62,950 bases of DNA, filler included, from Octopus bimaculoides (GCF_001194135.2; 7 parts of 7 records of this genome joined end to end with filler, not necessarily neighbours in it), one strand, 5' to 3'. Positions 22,322 to 35,911 are shown, counted from the whole stretch's first letter. Notes: generated by a model not told the origin, from the letters alone. Numbers and translations are program-made.

Positions 22322-22865
22322 ACATGCACATTAAAAAACTATTTTCTGCCCTCGAAGAAACTAACAAATATAAAACAAGTTGATATAACACTATGACTGA
22401 GGCAGAGAAATGACATCAGAAATCATAGTAAACATAAGAATTGATTGAACATGGAATAACAAAAATGGCATGCCAAGATATCCCTACATAACATGCAAAA
22501 GACGCCTCCACGTGGACGTTACTTACAACGTTTGATTAAAGCGGAATAAAACTAAAACTTGGTGCTGGATGATAGGCTCAGATTTAAATAGTTAAAGCTG
22601 AAGGGCTTCTCAGTGGTTCAATATCAGATCGTTTGCACTCGGAATTACCAAACATGTTATGAAATGAAATACAGAAAGTAATCGCAAAATATGTAGAGGT
22701 TATGCAGAAACAATCAATCACATCAGTTCTGGCTACTCAGTATCAGCCAAAATTGAGTATATAAACCTAAATGATAAGGTTGGAAACTATACTAGAATTA
22801 GGGGATATTCACAGTAAAGCAACGATTGTGATATATACGATAAAGCATCTTGGAGAATGACATAC

Positions 22866-22938
22866 TCGCTAATTTCTGGGATATGCCGTTTCATATCGAG
22901 ATATTAAGGAAAATCCTGCTATTATCCTCAAAATCCAT
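22866..22938 (-). other. Exon-like segment with an in-frame TGA (see findings)
   Basis: Acceptor tttgtttcag and donor gtatgt; 73 nt. The frame that joins both neighbours reads MDFEDNSRIFLNISI*NGISQKLA. Confidence 0.25.
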
Positions 22939-23180
22939 CTGAAACAAATGTCGCATAATTGATGTATCAAATTCATTGATACAAAACACAGTGAAACTAT
23001 CCAAATTAAGAAAAAACATGAAAATATAGATATGAAGATGTTAGATGTTGAAATTAGAAACACTTAGTATTATAGCGTGTTTTGGCAATACTGAAATGCT
23101 GCACACTCGAAATATATATACAAAACTTCAGAACTTAACGACCTACTTGATTTTTGTTCTAACAAGTCTCAATCACATAC

Positions 23181-23272
23181 AGAAAATACCCTACTACAAT
23201 CTTCCGTGACCGTTTGCACATAGACTTCATATGGAACCTTGAAACAAGGGACCCCTTTCGCGCTCGCTTGAC
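23181..23272 (-). CDS. Candidate 92-nt internal exon
   Basis: NAGNAG acceptor tatagcag and donor gtatgt; phase 1 to 0; (G)QASAKGVPCFKVPYEVYVQTVTEDCSRVFS. Confidence 0.3.
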
Positions 23273-24039
23273 CTGCTATAATAGTAATAATATCTGCTTT
23301 TAAGTTTGCAACAAAAGAAGAATACATAACTACTATCTTAAATGCACTGTCTGGATGAAAAACAGGATGGCTTCTGGCGCTAAACAACATTTATCGGTTG
23401 GCTTTACGGACTTACCTCAATTTGTTTACAGTAAAATATATTTGATTATTAATGAATTTGTTTAAAGACTTGGCCAATACTTCAAGCAACCTATTATTAA
23501 TGGTTTGGAAGAAAAAAAATAATTAGTACTTCGATATCGATAGTTTTTCACTACATTGAGCTGTGGAGTAAAAGAAATAGTTCACAGAAAGTAAGAATTG
23601 TTATGTGGTTTCAATTTTATATGGTTTTAGTATTAATTGCCATAGGCAAAAGAATGAACATCACAAATTCCATTTTAGCCTCCCCTTCAAAGCACATGGC
23701 TTTTGTACCCAGCGGGAAAAGCGCAGTTAACTGACACAATTTTAGTTTGTGGTAACTTGCTCTGGAGCGAACGCACAACAGGAGAAATCTTAGAGGAAGA
23801 ACTTCCGTCAAGCAAGTGTTTCGGCTTGTAAGTTTCCGATACACTAAGAAAACAGAGCCCACTTAGGCCATGATCTCTAAGTATCCTACTGTTTTCGAAA
23901 TGTACCTTTAGTGATGATTGAACTCAGAGCCTTCGGATGATCTTATTCCCTTTAACTGTGGTGTGTATCGCTTGACCACAAAACCACCGAAAGAACTTCA
24001 AATTGGGTTTCCCTCTTACTGTTTTCTGTTTAGTGGCTC

Positions 24040-24400
24040 ACAGTATTCTTTTTCAGTTCACCTATTGTTCCTTTATAACCATAATTATATTGAACTCTTC
24101 TTAGCTGTCTCTGAGAGGCGTTCCATCATCGCTGTTCTTTTGCGACATTTGATTCTGAGCTAACCTGGTAATTGATACATTGAAGTGTGACTAATCCTCG
24201 CATGCCAACTTCCACTGCCTCTACTGTGCGATAGTGCCCTTCCTTTGTTAGCTCTTCCACAAGGTCATCATATTTCCTCATCTACGAATCCATCACATTT
24301 CACCTATTTCCCACATGCAAGTGAAGAGATTTTGACTTTTATTTGACTTGACACATTGCGTCACTAGAAACATTTCAACTACTCTATAATTAAGGGTCAA
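24040..24400 (-). mobile_element. Degenerate NeSL/HERO-like RLE LINE C-terminal fragment
   Basis: MRKYDDLVEELTKEGHYRTVEAVEVGMRGLV...LSETAKKSSI*LWL*R resembles the K..KY.DL...VEVG.RG...WLW.KR end of NeSL/HERO-type RLE domains. Confidence 0.55.
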
Positions 24401-24429
24401 CATTTCATCTCTGTCTCTGGGGTCCTCAG

Positions 24430-24700
24430 TGAAGTGTTGTTTCTTTTTTGCTGCTGCTGCCACAAATGTGCTTTTGTTGTTGGTTATGTTGTTGTTGTTG
24501 CTAGTGTTGCTGCTGCTGCTGCTGCAGCAGCCGTTGTTGTCGTTGTTCTTGTTGATATTGTTGGTGTTGGTTTTGTTTCAGTTGTTGCCATCGCTGCTGC
24601 CGCTGCTGATGCTGTTTCTTTCGTTGGTGTTGTTGCTACCACTACTACTAATGCTGCTGTTGCTGTTACTGCTACTGTTCCTACTACTACGAAGTGGTCT
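24430..24700. repeat. Mixed trinucleotide low-complexity tract (GTT/GCT/ACT)
   Basis: Read directly; it accounts for the Leu/Val/Ala-rich ORFs 24429..24854 and 24434..24874. Confidence 0.8.
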
Positions 24701-25100
24701 TTGTACTATTCGAGTCTCCTTTTTCTCCTCCATTTCTCCTGTATTGTTCCCAGTAACGGAAGGAAGAAGGGAATCTTCAGTAATCACCAGATTCGTGGGA
24801 GGGACAATTTTCTTTTTCGCAACTCTCTCAAAACACACTCCGCCATCTTATTGAGTTGTGTTTCATTAAATTAAATTAAATGCCCACATAACTTATTTGG
24901 TGGGTCGAATATAGCCCCTCGAAAGGCTAAACAACTACAAAAAACCAGTAACAAGTTCCTGGTGTTTCTATTGACAACTTAGAATAAAATAAATAATGCA
25001 AAAAATCATCAAACCGGTGTAAGCAAATGTTTTAAGTTGCACCAGCCTGGAGCGTTTGAAAACACGTCCTATGTATTCTGTAGTAAATAATAATAATAAT

Positions 25101-25148
<48 letters not shown>

Positions 25149-25149
25149 C

Positions 25150-25358
25150 TCTATTATAGGAACAAGGTCTGAAATTGGGAGGAGAGAGATAGTCGATTAC
25201 ATCGACCCCCCCAGTACTCAAATGGTACTTAATTTATCCACCTAGAAAGGATGATAAGCAAAGTCGACCTCGGCAGAATTTGAACTCAGGACGTACTGAC
25301 GGGCGAAATACCGCTAAGCATTTAGTTCGATGTACTAACGATTCTGTCTGCTCGCAGC
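25150..25358 (-). mobile_element. Family B SINE flanked by (AAT)n tracts
   Basis: Reverse complement matches 25776-25992; (AAT)n at 25086-25148 and 25362-25468. Confidence 0.8.
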
Positions 25359-25404
25359 TTTAATAATAATAATGATGATGATGATGATAATAATAATAAT
25401 AATA

Positions 25405-25466
<62 letters not shown>

Positions 25467-25470
<4 letters not shown>

Positions 25471-25631
25471 CACCAGGCAGTGGCTCTCATGGCTTCTGAT
25501 CTTAATTGATTGGAAGTGTTATCATGTACATTGTTTTGTCTTAGTATAAAAGATGGGCTACAGAAAATATTCTGCTTAATACCACAGATTTGCTTGTCAG
25601 TTGTTTGACCATAACCAGTTGAGCATGTCCC
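25467..25631 (+). repeat. Family F dispersed repeat, one end (runs into a gap)
   Basis: caggcagtggctctcatggcttctgatcttaattgattgg... matches the reverse complement of 35740-35911. A middle fragment lies at about 37125-37280. Confidence 0.8.
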
Positions 25632-25675
25632 NNNNNNNNNNNNNNNNNNNNNNNNNNNNNNNNNNNNNNNNNNNN

Positions 25676-25687
25676 TTAATTAATTAA
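25676..25687. other. Assembly gap linker TTAATTAATTAA, also at 35350, 49121, 55817, 58351 and 60848
   Basis: Identical 12-mer centred in 100-nt gaps with 44 N on each side. It places stop codons in all six frames. Confidence 0.95.
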
Positions 25688-25775
25688 NNNNNNNNNNNNN
25701 NNNNNNNNNNNNNNNNNNNNNNNNNNNNNNNGTATATATATGTGTGTGTGTGTGCATATATTGGTATGTGCATGT

Positions 25776-25992
25776 GCGGCGAACTGGCAGAATCGTTAGC
25801 ACGCCGGGCAAAATGCTTAACGGTATTTCGTCTGCCACTGCGTTCTGAGTTCAAATTCCGCCGAGGTCGACTTTGCCTTTCATCCTTTTGTGGTCGATAA
25901 ATTAAGTACCAGTTACGCACTGAGGGTCGATATAATCGACTTAATCCGTTTGTCCCCTCTGTGTGTAGCCCCTTGTGGGCAGTAAAGAAATA
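25776..25992 (+). mobile_element. Family B tRNA-derived SINE, well-preserved copy
   Basis: A box tggcagaatcg (from 25785) and B box gagttcaaattcc (25847-25859). The central gactttgcctttcatccttt..gtcgataaattaagtacc segment resembles the Meta/Sauria SINE domain (recalled, not searched). Confidence 0.85.
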
Positions 25993-26042
25993 GGTATGTG
26001 CATGTGTGTATCTATATGTATATTCTTGTAAGGGCTTCATAC

Positions 26043-26088
<46 letters not shown>

Positions 26089-27871
26089 GCAGCCCCACCT
26101 CTATTTCCAGCTGTCCTATCTTGACTGTTTTACTGTGTTTAAGTCCAGTCTACTTGGAGTAGAACTTAAAACCAGTAAAGGTTTTGCTGTTTCACCAATC
26201 CAACCCCAANNNNNNNNNNNNNNNNNNNNNNNNNNNNNNNNNNNNNNNNNNNNNNNNNNNNNNNNNNNNNNNNNNNNNNNNNNNNNNNNNNNNNNNNNNN
26301 NNNNNNNNNNNNNNNNNNNNNNNNNNNNNNNNNNNNNNNNNNNNNNNNNNNNNNNNNNNNNNNNNNNNNNNNNNNNNNNNNNNNNNNNNNNNNNNNNNNN
26401 NNNNNNNNNNNNNNNNNNNNNNNNNNNNNNNNNNNNNNNNNNNNNNNNNNNNNNNNNNNNNNNNNNNNNNNNNNNNNNNNNNNNNNNNNNNNNNNNNNNN
26501 NNNNNNNNNNNNNNNNNNNNNNNNNNNNNNNNNNNNNNNNNNNNNNNNNNNNNNNNNNNNNNNNNNNNNNNNNNNNNNNNNNNNNNNNNNNNNNNNNNNN
26601 NNNNNNNNNNNNNNNNNNNNNNNNNNNNNNNNNNNNNNNNNNNNNNNNNNNNNNNNNNNNNNNNNNNNNNNNNNNNNNNNNNNNNNNNNNNNNNNNNNNN
26701 NNNNNNNNNNNNNNNNNNNNNNNNNNNNNNNNNNNNNNNNNNNNNNNNNNNNNNNNNNNNNNNNNNNNNNNNNNNNNNNNNNNNNNNNNNNNNNNNNNNN
26801 NNNNNNNNNNNNNNNNNNNNNNNNNNNNNNNNNNNNNNNNNNNNNNNNNNNNNNNNNNNNNNNNNNNNNNNNNNNNNNNNNNNNNNNNNNNNNNNNNNNN
26901 NNNNNNNNNNNNNNNNNNNNNNNNNNNNNNNNNNNNNNNNNNNNNNNNNNNNNNNNNNNNNNNNNNNNNNNNNNNNNNNNNNNNNNNNNNNNNNNNNNNN
27001 NNNNNNNNNNNNNNNNNNNNNNNNNNNNNNNNNNNNNNNNNNNNCAGAAATAACTAAAGCAAAAATATTTATCATACAATGCATGATTGCAGTTAAATGA
27101 ATATTTTGGTAAGAATAAATAATATGTTATTGTCAAGAATCTGGCATGTACGTATCCACAAAACCCAGTTTTCAGTAATGTGATAATTCTGATGATGATG
27201 ATAATTTGAACTCAGAACATAAAGCTGGAAAAAATGCCACTAAGCACTGTGTCCAAGACAGTAATGATTTTGCCAGCATGCACTACAGTGGCATGCACTA
27301 CTCTCTCACTCAATAATAATAATATGATAATAATAATAATCTTTCAATCTACTTAGATAAAATTGAGATATAAAAATGAAGGCCATTTTTGCATAAACTT
27401 CTACACTTAACATTTTAACTCGATAAAATCTAGAAAAAGAAAAGAGTAAAAAGGGAAATAGAATTGCAATTTTTATCAAGTAAATTCAATTTTAACTCAA
27501 TATAAATATAGTTATGAAAAATTCCCATGTTTATGGGGTTCAAATCTTTTCGTGAGTAAACTGGTTTCATGAAAGTATGAAAAATGTGAAGCTTTTAGAA
27601 TATTTCAATTAATTACAAAACTTCAATCATTTTAACTCTAAAAAATTTTTGATGAATTTGCTTAAAAATTCAATTGGCTTCAAACACACACACACGTGTG
27701 CATACATGCACATACACACACATAACTAAGCATTTACATACACATACACACTTACCTATATATGCACATGACAACATGAATATATATATATACATATATA
27801 TATACATATATATTTATATAGACATACACATATATATGTATAAATGTACATCGATATATACACACACACAA

Positions 27872-27922
<51 letters not shown>

Positions 27923-28612
27923 TTAGCAAATATATTTAGTTAATTTCTTTTAATGTTTCGTATCTTTAAGATGATATCTATGCTGATTTTCTGCAAATGT
28001 GATATGAGAAGTGATATTGTACATAACTATTTCAAAATTGTCAGCAAAAAAGATTATTTGCATGTATGTGAGATGCATGACATGTGATATCTGATACATG
28101 TATATATATAAGTTGGTATTAGTTTATGTATAAATGGCATTGTTTGTGTCTAGGGAGAGTCATTATACCAATATTATCAATACACATACTGGTTCAATTC
28201 CACTCCTTTAATATTAGTCAATTGGTTTAACCAGATCGATTAGTTAGTTTCATATTTAACCAGTTGATTAATAATAGAGGAGTGGAACTGAGCCAGTGTA
28301 TGTGTTAATGATATTAGCATAATGACTTTCCTCAGACACAAAAAATTTGTTTCAACACTCAAATTTACATACAGAATCTTGCAAACCAAATACAAAAAAT
28401 GAAATATAAGCAGTATGATTCCCAAATAATGCATACATAATTTAAATATAATCCGAGGAGGGCCAGCTTAATTATTTCTAAAAAATTTGTATATAGTCAG
28501 TATACAAATATACATATGTGCCTCTGTGTGCGTGTGCATATTTTGTAGTGTAGTTGTTTGAGGAGGGTGTGCTAGCATTGACCTTATCTATGTAATATTG
28601 TAGTCAGTTTGG

Positions 28613-28800
28613 ACGGCGAGCTGGCAGAATTGTAAGCACGCCGGTCGAAATGCTTAGCAGTATTTCATCTGCTGTTATGTTCTGAGTTCAAATTCCGCTG
28701 AGGTTGACTTTGCCTTTCATCCTTTCAGGGGTCGTTTAAATAAGTACCAGTTATGCACTGGGGGTCGATGTAGTCGACTTAATCTCTTTGTCTGTCCTTG
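28613..28800 (+). mobile_element. Family B SINE
   Basis: Aligns with 25776-25960. Confidence 0.85.
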
Positions 28801-29151
28801 TAAATAAATATTGTAGTCAGTTAATTATTGATCAATTTAGGTTCAGAATTAATGCGTTGTTGCATTATGGCTCATCTGAAATGTGCATAAACCAAATTAT
28901 GAATTAAAGAAATATATAATTCTCCATCCTTCATTCGATTGTATACAATTTTATATATGTATGCATATACGTGTGTGTGTGTTTTTAAGTATATATGTGA
29001 TATATGTACATGTGTATATATGTGGGTGTATGTGTGCATATATACACACAAATGTGTGTGTGGCTGCTGAGAGCTCAAGAGAAGACCTGTATATATGAGT
29101 GTAAATATGTATGCAGACGTATGTGAGTGGGTATGTACATGTGTGTGTGTG

Positions 29152-29194
<43 letters not shown>

Positions 29195-29445
29195 TAGGCA
29201 TTTGTTCTTGAGAGAGACCATGGATCTGCACCTGAAGAAATTGTGTTAGCTACTGATTGTGGTGTGGCATCTCCTGTGGCCGTAGAGGGCCACACAGGAG
29301 TGGCAGTCATGCATACAGCGACTGCATTTGAAGGAACTTTCTATCAGCACTACCGGCTTTTCCTTCCATTGAGTGCACTTTTCTTTTGTAGCTAGTTCCT
29401 CTTTCTCTTCCTCTCGCTTCATCCCCTTTTGCTATCTTTGTCTCC
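29195..29445 (-). mobile_element. RTE-clade LINE 3' fragment
   Basis: KEKPVVLIESSFKCSRCMHDCHSCVALYGHRRCH, the C2H2-like terminal motif of RTE ORFs, followed by a short gcagatccatggtctc tail. Confidence 0.65.
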
Positions 29446-30288
29446 ACACACAGACACACACATGCACCCCGCTTCATATACAATAGGTATATGATGAATT
29501 ACAACAAATAATATATCTAAGCAATTTCTAGGCATAAATCATCTAACGAGGGATCATAAATTATGATACATTCCAGCAATTAATTAATTTCAGAAATTAT
29601 GAAAAAATATTTGTATTTGCTATTGGACTGCAGTGTTTATACAGACGGACCCACCCACCCTAGTTTGAATGTCACAGGCAAAAAAAAAAAAAAGAGCACT
29701 AGAATTATAAGAAATTGGTGTCATTCTGAACATTGATCAGTTTACTTAAATAAAATGAGATGAAAATTGTCAAATGTTTTTTGACAAATAATTCTCAAAC
29801 AAAATTATCTTGATTGATGTCCATGCAATCATGCAAACAAATATAATAATTTAAGGCATCACATTGCATTTGGTTACCCTACAATGAATAACTCATGGTT
29901 TTGAAGGGAAATTTTAAGATCTTTATAATGTATAAGGAAAAAAAAAATTAAATTCTATGCACTTTTTCTACTCTTTGATTTAAAATTCAAAATTCCAGTT
30001 GAGCCTTAACTTGATGATTTTCATTAAGCTAAGGCTAAATTGGAAGCTTGAATAATCTTTCCTATGACTGCTGACCACAAAGATACATCACGTGTATAAA
30101 TTAAGAAAATACTTAAAAATTAAACATAAGGAATTCAAATATCATTTATAAATAATCTAGAAAGAATGCTGTGTGGTTATTTCGAGTTTAATTTTGAATA
30201 TTTTTTGCAACAAAGAATGGTTAGCAATGATAGAAATAGGAAAATGTTGAACTAAATGTCACATGATGACAAGAAGACACAATCTCAA

Positions 30289-30340
<52 letters not shown>

Positions 30341-31045
30341 ATATATATATGTATATATATATATGTATATTTGATGAACTTTTCTTTTAGTTTCTGTATA
30401 CAAATTCACTTGCAATGCTTCTGTTAGCTTAGGGCTATAGTTGAAGAATTTTGTCCATGATGGCATGCAGTATGTGTGTGTGTTCATGCATGGGTATATA
30501 GAAGAGACAGAGAGAGAGGTGGGGGATCCTCCATGAAGCTGAATAGAAAGACATTTTTATTCACTGATGAGTGTGTAATGTCATTCATTAATCATCCCCC
30601 AGGTGTCTTTCCAAATCGTTATGTCATATCATCCCAAAGTATTAATTAGTTTCTCCCTTAATTTGAAATAAATTAATTTCTACTTTGGTGCCAAACATTC
30701 ACAAAACATATAGCAGCAGATACTCTAAGTAATTATTAGCAACTGGTTAACCAATTAAGAAACCAAACATTTTTAATGATCTTTACATAAGTGTGTCTGC
30801 ATTTTTTTTTTACTGACCAAAAATATCAGTTGATGAAATTATGATGTAATCAGTATCATCTTCAGGTATGGGCACACTAGGCAGTTACCCAGGGGCGGGG
30901 AGCTCGCGGGTTTAGGGGCTCGATTCTAATGGATGTATGTAGGGATTTAAAAAACTATAGGACCTTGTGCATTGATTTGTCCAGAGGCCTCTAATGTTGC
31001 CAAGAAACCCTGGACGTAATTCTTAAAAAAAAATCTCAAACAAAT

Positions 31046-31206
31046 ACTCTTTTACTCGTTTCAGTCATTTGACTGCGGCCATGCCGGAGCACCGCCTTTT
31101 AGTTGAGCAAATCGACCCCAGGACTTATTCTTTGGATGCCTAGTACTTATTCTATCGGTCTCTTTTGCCGAACCACTAGGTTACGGGGACCTGAACACAC
31201 CAGCAA
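31046..31206 (-). mobile_element. Family A SINE, 3' half
   Basis: Near-identical to 53589-53750. Confidence 0.85.
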
Positions 31207-32588
31207 TGATTTATTTTCTTTCAGGACTATGTCCCAGAATGGCTGTTAGCAAGTAAATAAATAAATAAATAGATAAATAAAAAGAAGTATAAATCCAACA
31301 AAACAGTCTCAACTGAGTATTGAGACTAGACTTCTAGCATTGTTCAGTCAGCAGCTTCTCAGAACTCTGTCACAGAGTCCATTGCAAATGCAAGAAAGAA
31401 TAATCGTTGGCAGGTAATACTTGACACAAAATTTTCTGAGAAGGTGGACCTAATCTCCTAATTACTTTGGGAACATCTCATTTAAGAGAAGACACACTCT
31501 TAACTGATTATCAAAGATTTACTAAGACAACGAACATCAACCTGATAGATGTGGACCATTTTCTCTGTTGTTTAGAACTAGCTAGTTGCATATAAATGCT
31601 ATCCATGTTCTCCTGTGAAGATCTGTACTGAATCTTGCCTCATTATTCCTTCCGAAGATCCTGCAAAATCTAGTTGTCTTTATAACAATGCGTCTTCCTT
31701 GGAACTTTATGATAGCTTTGGAATTTCCTGACTACCCATTGAGAACTGAACGTCACCTGTATCAAATATACTAGTTGTAAAGGGACTGCAAAGGTCATGG
31801 ACATTGCCCCTTCCATCAGAAAAATATTTAGAGTAAAAATTTAAGTAAAAATTCAAGAAAATACAATGGCAATATCATTGACAATGCTGTCTTGAGTTCT
31901 TGATTTTATACATACATACATATATATATATATATATTGCGTACATGTATTTTATATAAATATGTATGCATATATATAAATTACATATAAATGTGAGTGT
32001 GTATATATATATATATAGTGATTTATGTATATATTAATATTATCTCGGTTGAAAAAACTTCAATAATGAAAATATGTTAATAGTTACCAGGGTAGCAAAA
32101 ATCGCACAAAAAACTGGGATATCATACCCGGTTAATAGGTAGAAATACCAAGTTAAAGTGATATATTTTGAGTAAATATGAAGAATAATAATAAATGGAG
32201 CAAAACGCATATAATCAAAGGAACTTATTGATTATATGCGTTTTGCTCCATTTATTATTATTCTTCATATATATATATATATATATATATATGATGTTGA
32301 AAGTGGGTACACTTTGGCTGCGATTTGTAGAAAAAAATCTGGGGATGCCTTTTGAAATAGATATATAGTTATAACAACAACAACAATAAAATAAGAAAAT
32401 TTCCAAGAAATCTTGTGTTTGGCAGAGCAGGCTAAAATGGAATGCAATGAAGTGATGTGGATTAACTGTTGCTGAGAATGTTTCAGTACAGCTGTGTTAT
32501 CAACTACATTGCTGAAGATCACAGATTTAGCTGACACCAATGAGAACCAACCAAGCACCACAGGCATTTAGTGGTGAGATTGTGTTTG

Positions 32589-32638
<50 letters not shown>

Positions 32639-32946
32639 TATATACATGCACACACGCACGTATGTATACAGATACAGACATGAATTGAAAGTACATTCAT
32701 GAGATGCAGGTAAAAATATCTCAATGTAGATATGTCAATGGACAAAGAACACACAATATTGAAAAAAAAATGGTGCTTTTGCATTAGCATGACTTCCAAA
32801 TACAAACACACACAAGTGCATATAAATGTAGTATACATATATATATATATAAATATGATATATATATGTATATATAAATGTAATACACACACACACACAT
32901 ATATATGTAATATATACATAAGTGTAATGTATATATGTGTATCTGG

Positions 32947-32988
<42 letters not shown>

Positions 32989-34457
32989 AAAAGAGAAAAA
33001 GAAAACAAAGTTGTTTTTGGATGGATTTTATGTAATTTGTGAGAGTTCCGTAAACCATTTAGTTGGTTAAAGTCTGCTGAAGACTTCTTAATAGCATATA
33101 ATAAATAAAGGAAGTTAGTTTGGCAGGACCCCTCCCTTTCGAAACTATATCATAATGTCCTTTAAGTTGTTATGAATGTTCAACATTCATTACAAACAGT
33201 CATTATTTATACAATGTTCCTTGCTGTTTTCTTTGAGGTGCTTAACCATATGTCTCTTAGTACCTTATCACAGCTAGTTGGACTGAGCTGTTTTCAGTAT
33301 CAACAGCTTTCACTGTGGATGATAATTCAGCAACTGCTAGTGATAGGATCTGGACTTGTAGGCTGGTTATTTGGCCACTGTGTGACCAACGCCCTCAATA
33401 CCGACCGAGCAAATCTAGATAACCTTCATCTGGGATTTAACAAGAATTTAAGGTAAATAAAAGAATGTATATACATATTCATTTATTTATTTATTCATTG
33501 TATAACAACAGCAACAATAACAACAACAGCAGCAACATCATCATAATCATAACAACAACAACAACAATTGCAGTAACAACACTAACAAACAACATTCGTT
33601 TGCAATGAATTATTAATAAGATTGTTTACAAAATATATGATAGAATTCAATGCGGGAATGTAATATGTTTGGTATATAAATGCAATAAAATTGGCATAAG
33701 AAATATAATAAAATGATGCAGTGAAAGTATATTTGAGAAAATATTAGAATAATTATTTTTGAAAATTGGATAAAGTTTTGGATACACGTGACAAGATAAA
33801 GTGTGGGTACATTTACAGGGGATGTATTTCTGTGTGTGTGTGTGTGTGTGTATAGATATACATATATATATGTTATATATATATGCATATACATATGCAT
33901 TATATATATACATATATATGAACACACACACACGTGTGTGTGTGTGTATATATATATGTGCATGTATGTATATATGTAATATATATATATATATGTTTGT
34001 CACTATTATCATTTGCATCCACTTTCTATGCTGGCATAGGTTGAACAGACCATTACTGCTCTCTGAGATGGGTTAGAGGAATATATCTTGGTTATAAGTT
34101 TCATTTTGGGCTTGTTTTCTATAGCAAGATGCCCTTCCTAATACCAACCACTTTACATGGTGTACTTGATGCATTCTGTTTGTGACACTAACTTTATGCA
34201 TACATGAATATATAAATATATGCATGTTGACTCTCTTTCCCTCATTTCCTCCCCTCTCTCTCTCTCTCTCTTATATATATATATAAATTATACTTTTACA
34301 AGGACAGTGGTGGGGACTGTAACTTTGAAGTTTTAGCTTGCTAGCCATCGTCAGGCCAAAACTTAGAAGTCACTGTCACCCAACTTCTTGTAAAAATATA
34401 ATAAATATGTACTTTATAAAAAAAATTATTAAGTAATTCTTCTTCAGTTTCATGTTC

Positions 34458-34688
34458 TGTGTGTGGTAAGAAGTTTGCTTCTCAACCACATGGTTCCGGG
34501 TTCAGTCTCACTGTGTGGAACGTTGGACAAGTGCTTTCTACTATAGCCCCAGGCCAGCCAAAGCTTTGAGAGTAGATTTGGTAGACAGAAATTGAAAGAA
34601 GCCTATCATATCATATGTGTGTGTGTGTGTGTCTTTGTTTGTCCTTCACCATTGCTTGACAAGTGCCAGTGTGTCTACATCTCTGTAA
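34458..34688 (+). mobile_element. Family A SINE, 5' two-thirds
   Basis: gtgtggtaagaagtttgcttctcaaccacatggttccgggttcagtc head, CORE-like segment and internal (TG)n. Confidence 0.8.
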
Positions 34689-34690
34689 TT

Positions 34691-34721
<31 letters not shown>

Positions 34722-35230
34722 ATTGGTGAATATTAACCACTATAATAGCTTACACTACTTCTTAAGGTATTGAGTTCTTTCTTCTGAATATGAAAACTGT
34801 TTTCTTTCAAACAAACACAGGAATACTCATACTCAGAGCTGAGTGGTTTTGTACCTCCTCTGTACAGATCCCTCTACTGTTTTCTTGCACTAAATTTCAT
34901 CATTCTTGTTTCATCCAAGCCCCCTTGCTCATCCCTAACTACTATACCCTTGCCCTCCTTCCATGAACAATCAGCCCTCTGCAACCTTCTCCTCTTTTCT
35001 CATGTCTTCTCTGCAAGTATTTACCTGCTACAGTTTCACTAGGACATTAAAGGCCTCATGCTCACCAGTTTCAGAAAGCCTAGAAAAAGTACATGGGAAC
35101 GATCGCTTATTCCAGAGCCAGCAATTAAACACATATAGACATGCATACTCATACACATGCTTATATACTATATGCAGACACAATAAAAATCCACAAAAGA
35201 GTAAGTGTACAAGGAAAATGTCAAGAATAA

Positions 35231-35274
<44 letters not shown>

Positions 35275-35405
35275 ATCATGGTATTGACCAGACTATCAGA
35301 TTTTGNNNNNNNNNNNNNNNNNNNNNNNNNNNNNNNNNNNNNNNNNNNNTTAATTAATTAANNNNNNNNNNNNNNNNNNNNNNNNNNNNNNNNNNNNNNN
35401 NNNNN

Positions 35406-35911
35406 GAAGCCCAATATACTCATCATGACTACCCGTCTGATCAGGGTACACCAGGCACATGCATCACAACCACATGTGCGCGACATGGTGATCTCATATC
35501 AAGATAAACAGCGCATGACCTTGCAGGTGGGGCCCAGTTAGAATTTTCTTCAGGTCGGAATTTTCTTCCGCTCAAAAGGTCCCTGAATAAGGTTTGTTTA
35601 AGGATGCTGAGCAAAACACCCATGTTTCCAAAGGTGAATTATTCAAACCCCAAAGAATTCCTCTCAACACATGAGTATGATGCTCCCCCACTACTTCTGC
35701 TAATGATCAGAGATGCACATATCGTCAGCCACCAAGGGACATGCTCAACTGGTTAAGGTCAAACAACTGATAAGCAAATCTGTGGTATTAAGCAGAATAT
35801 TTGTTGTAGCCCATCTTTTATACCAAGACAAAACAATGTACATGATAACACTTCCAATCAATTAAGATCAGAAGCCTTGAGAGCCACTGCCTGATACTGC
35901 ATCCGGGCATT
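35406..35911 (-). repeat. Family F dispersed repeat, at least 500 bp, next to (ATT)n
   Basis: Reverse complement matches 25467-25631 and about 37125-37280; (ATT)n tract at 35927-35996. Confidence 0.8.

Noticed and set aside
25676-25687. TTAATTAATTAA recurring six times as a possible motif or PacI-like site
   Set aside because: Always centred in a 100-nt N gap and stops all six frames, so it is an assembly linker and not biology.
31330-33456. Plus-strand open frames at 31330-31597 and 33172-33456 as exons
   Set aside because: No recognisable homology and no convincing phase-consistent exon chain; such frames are expected by chance.
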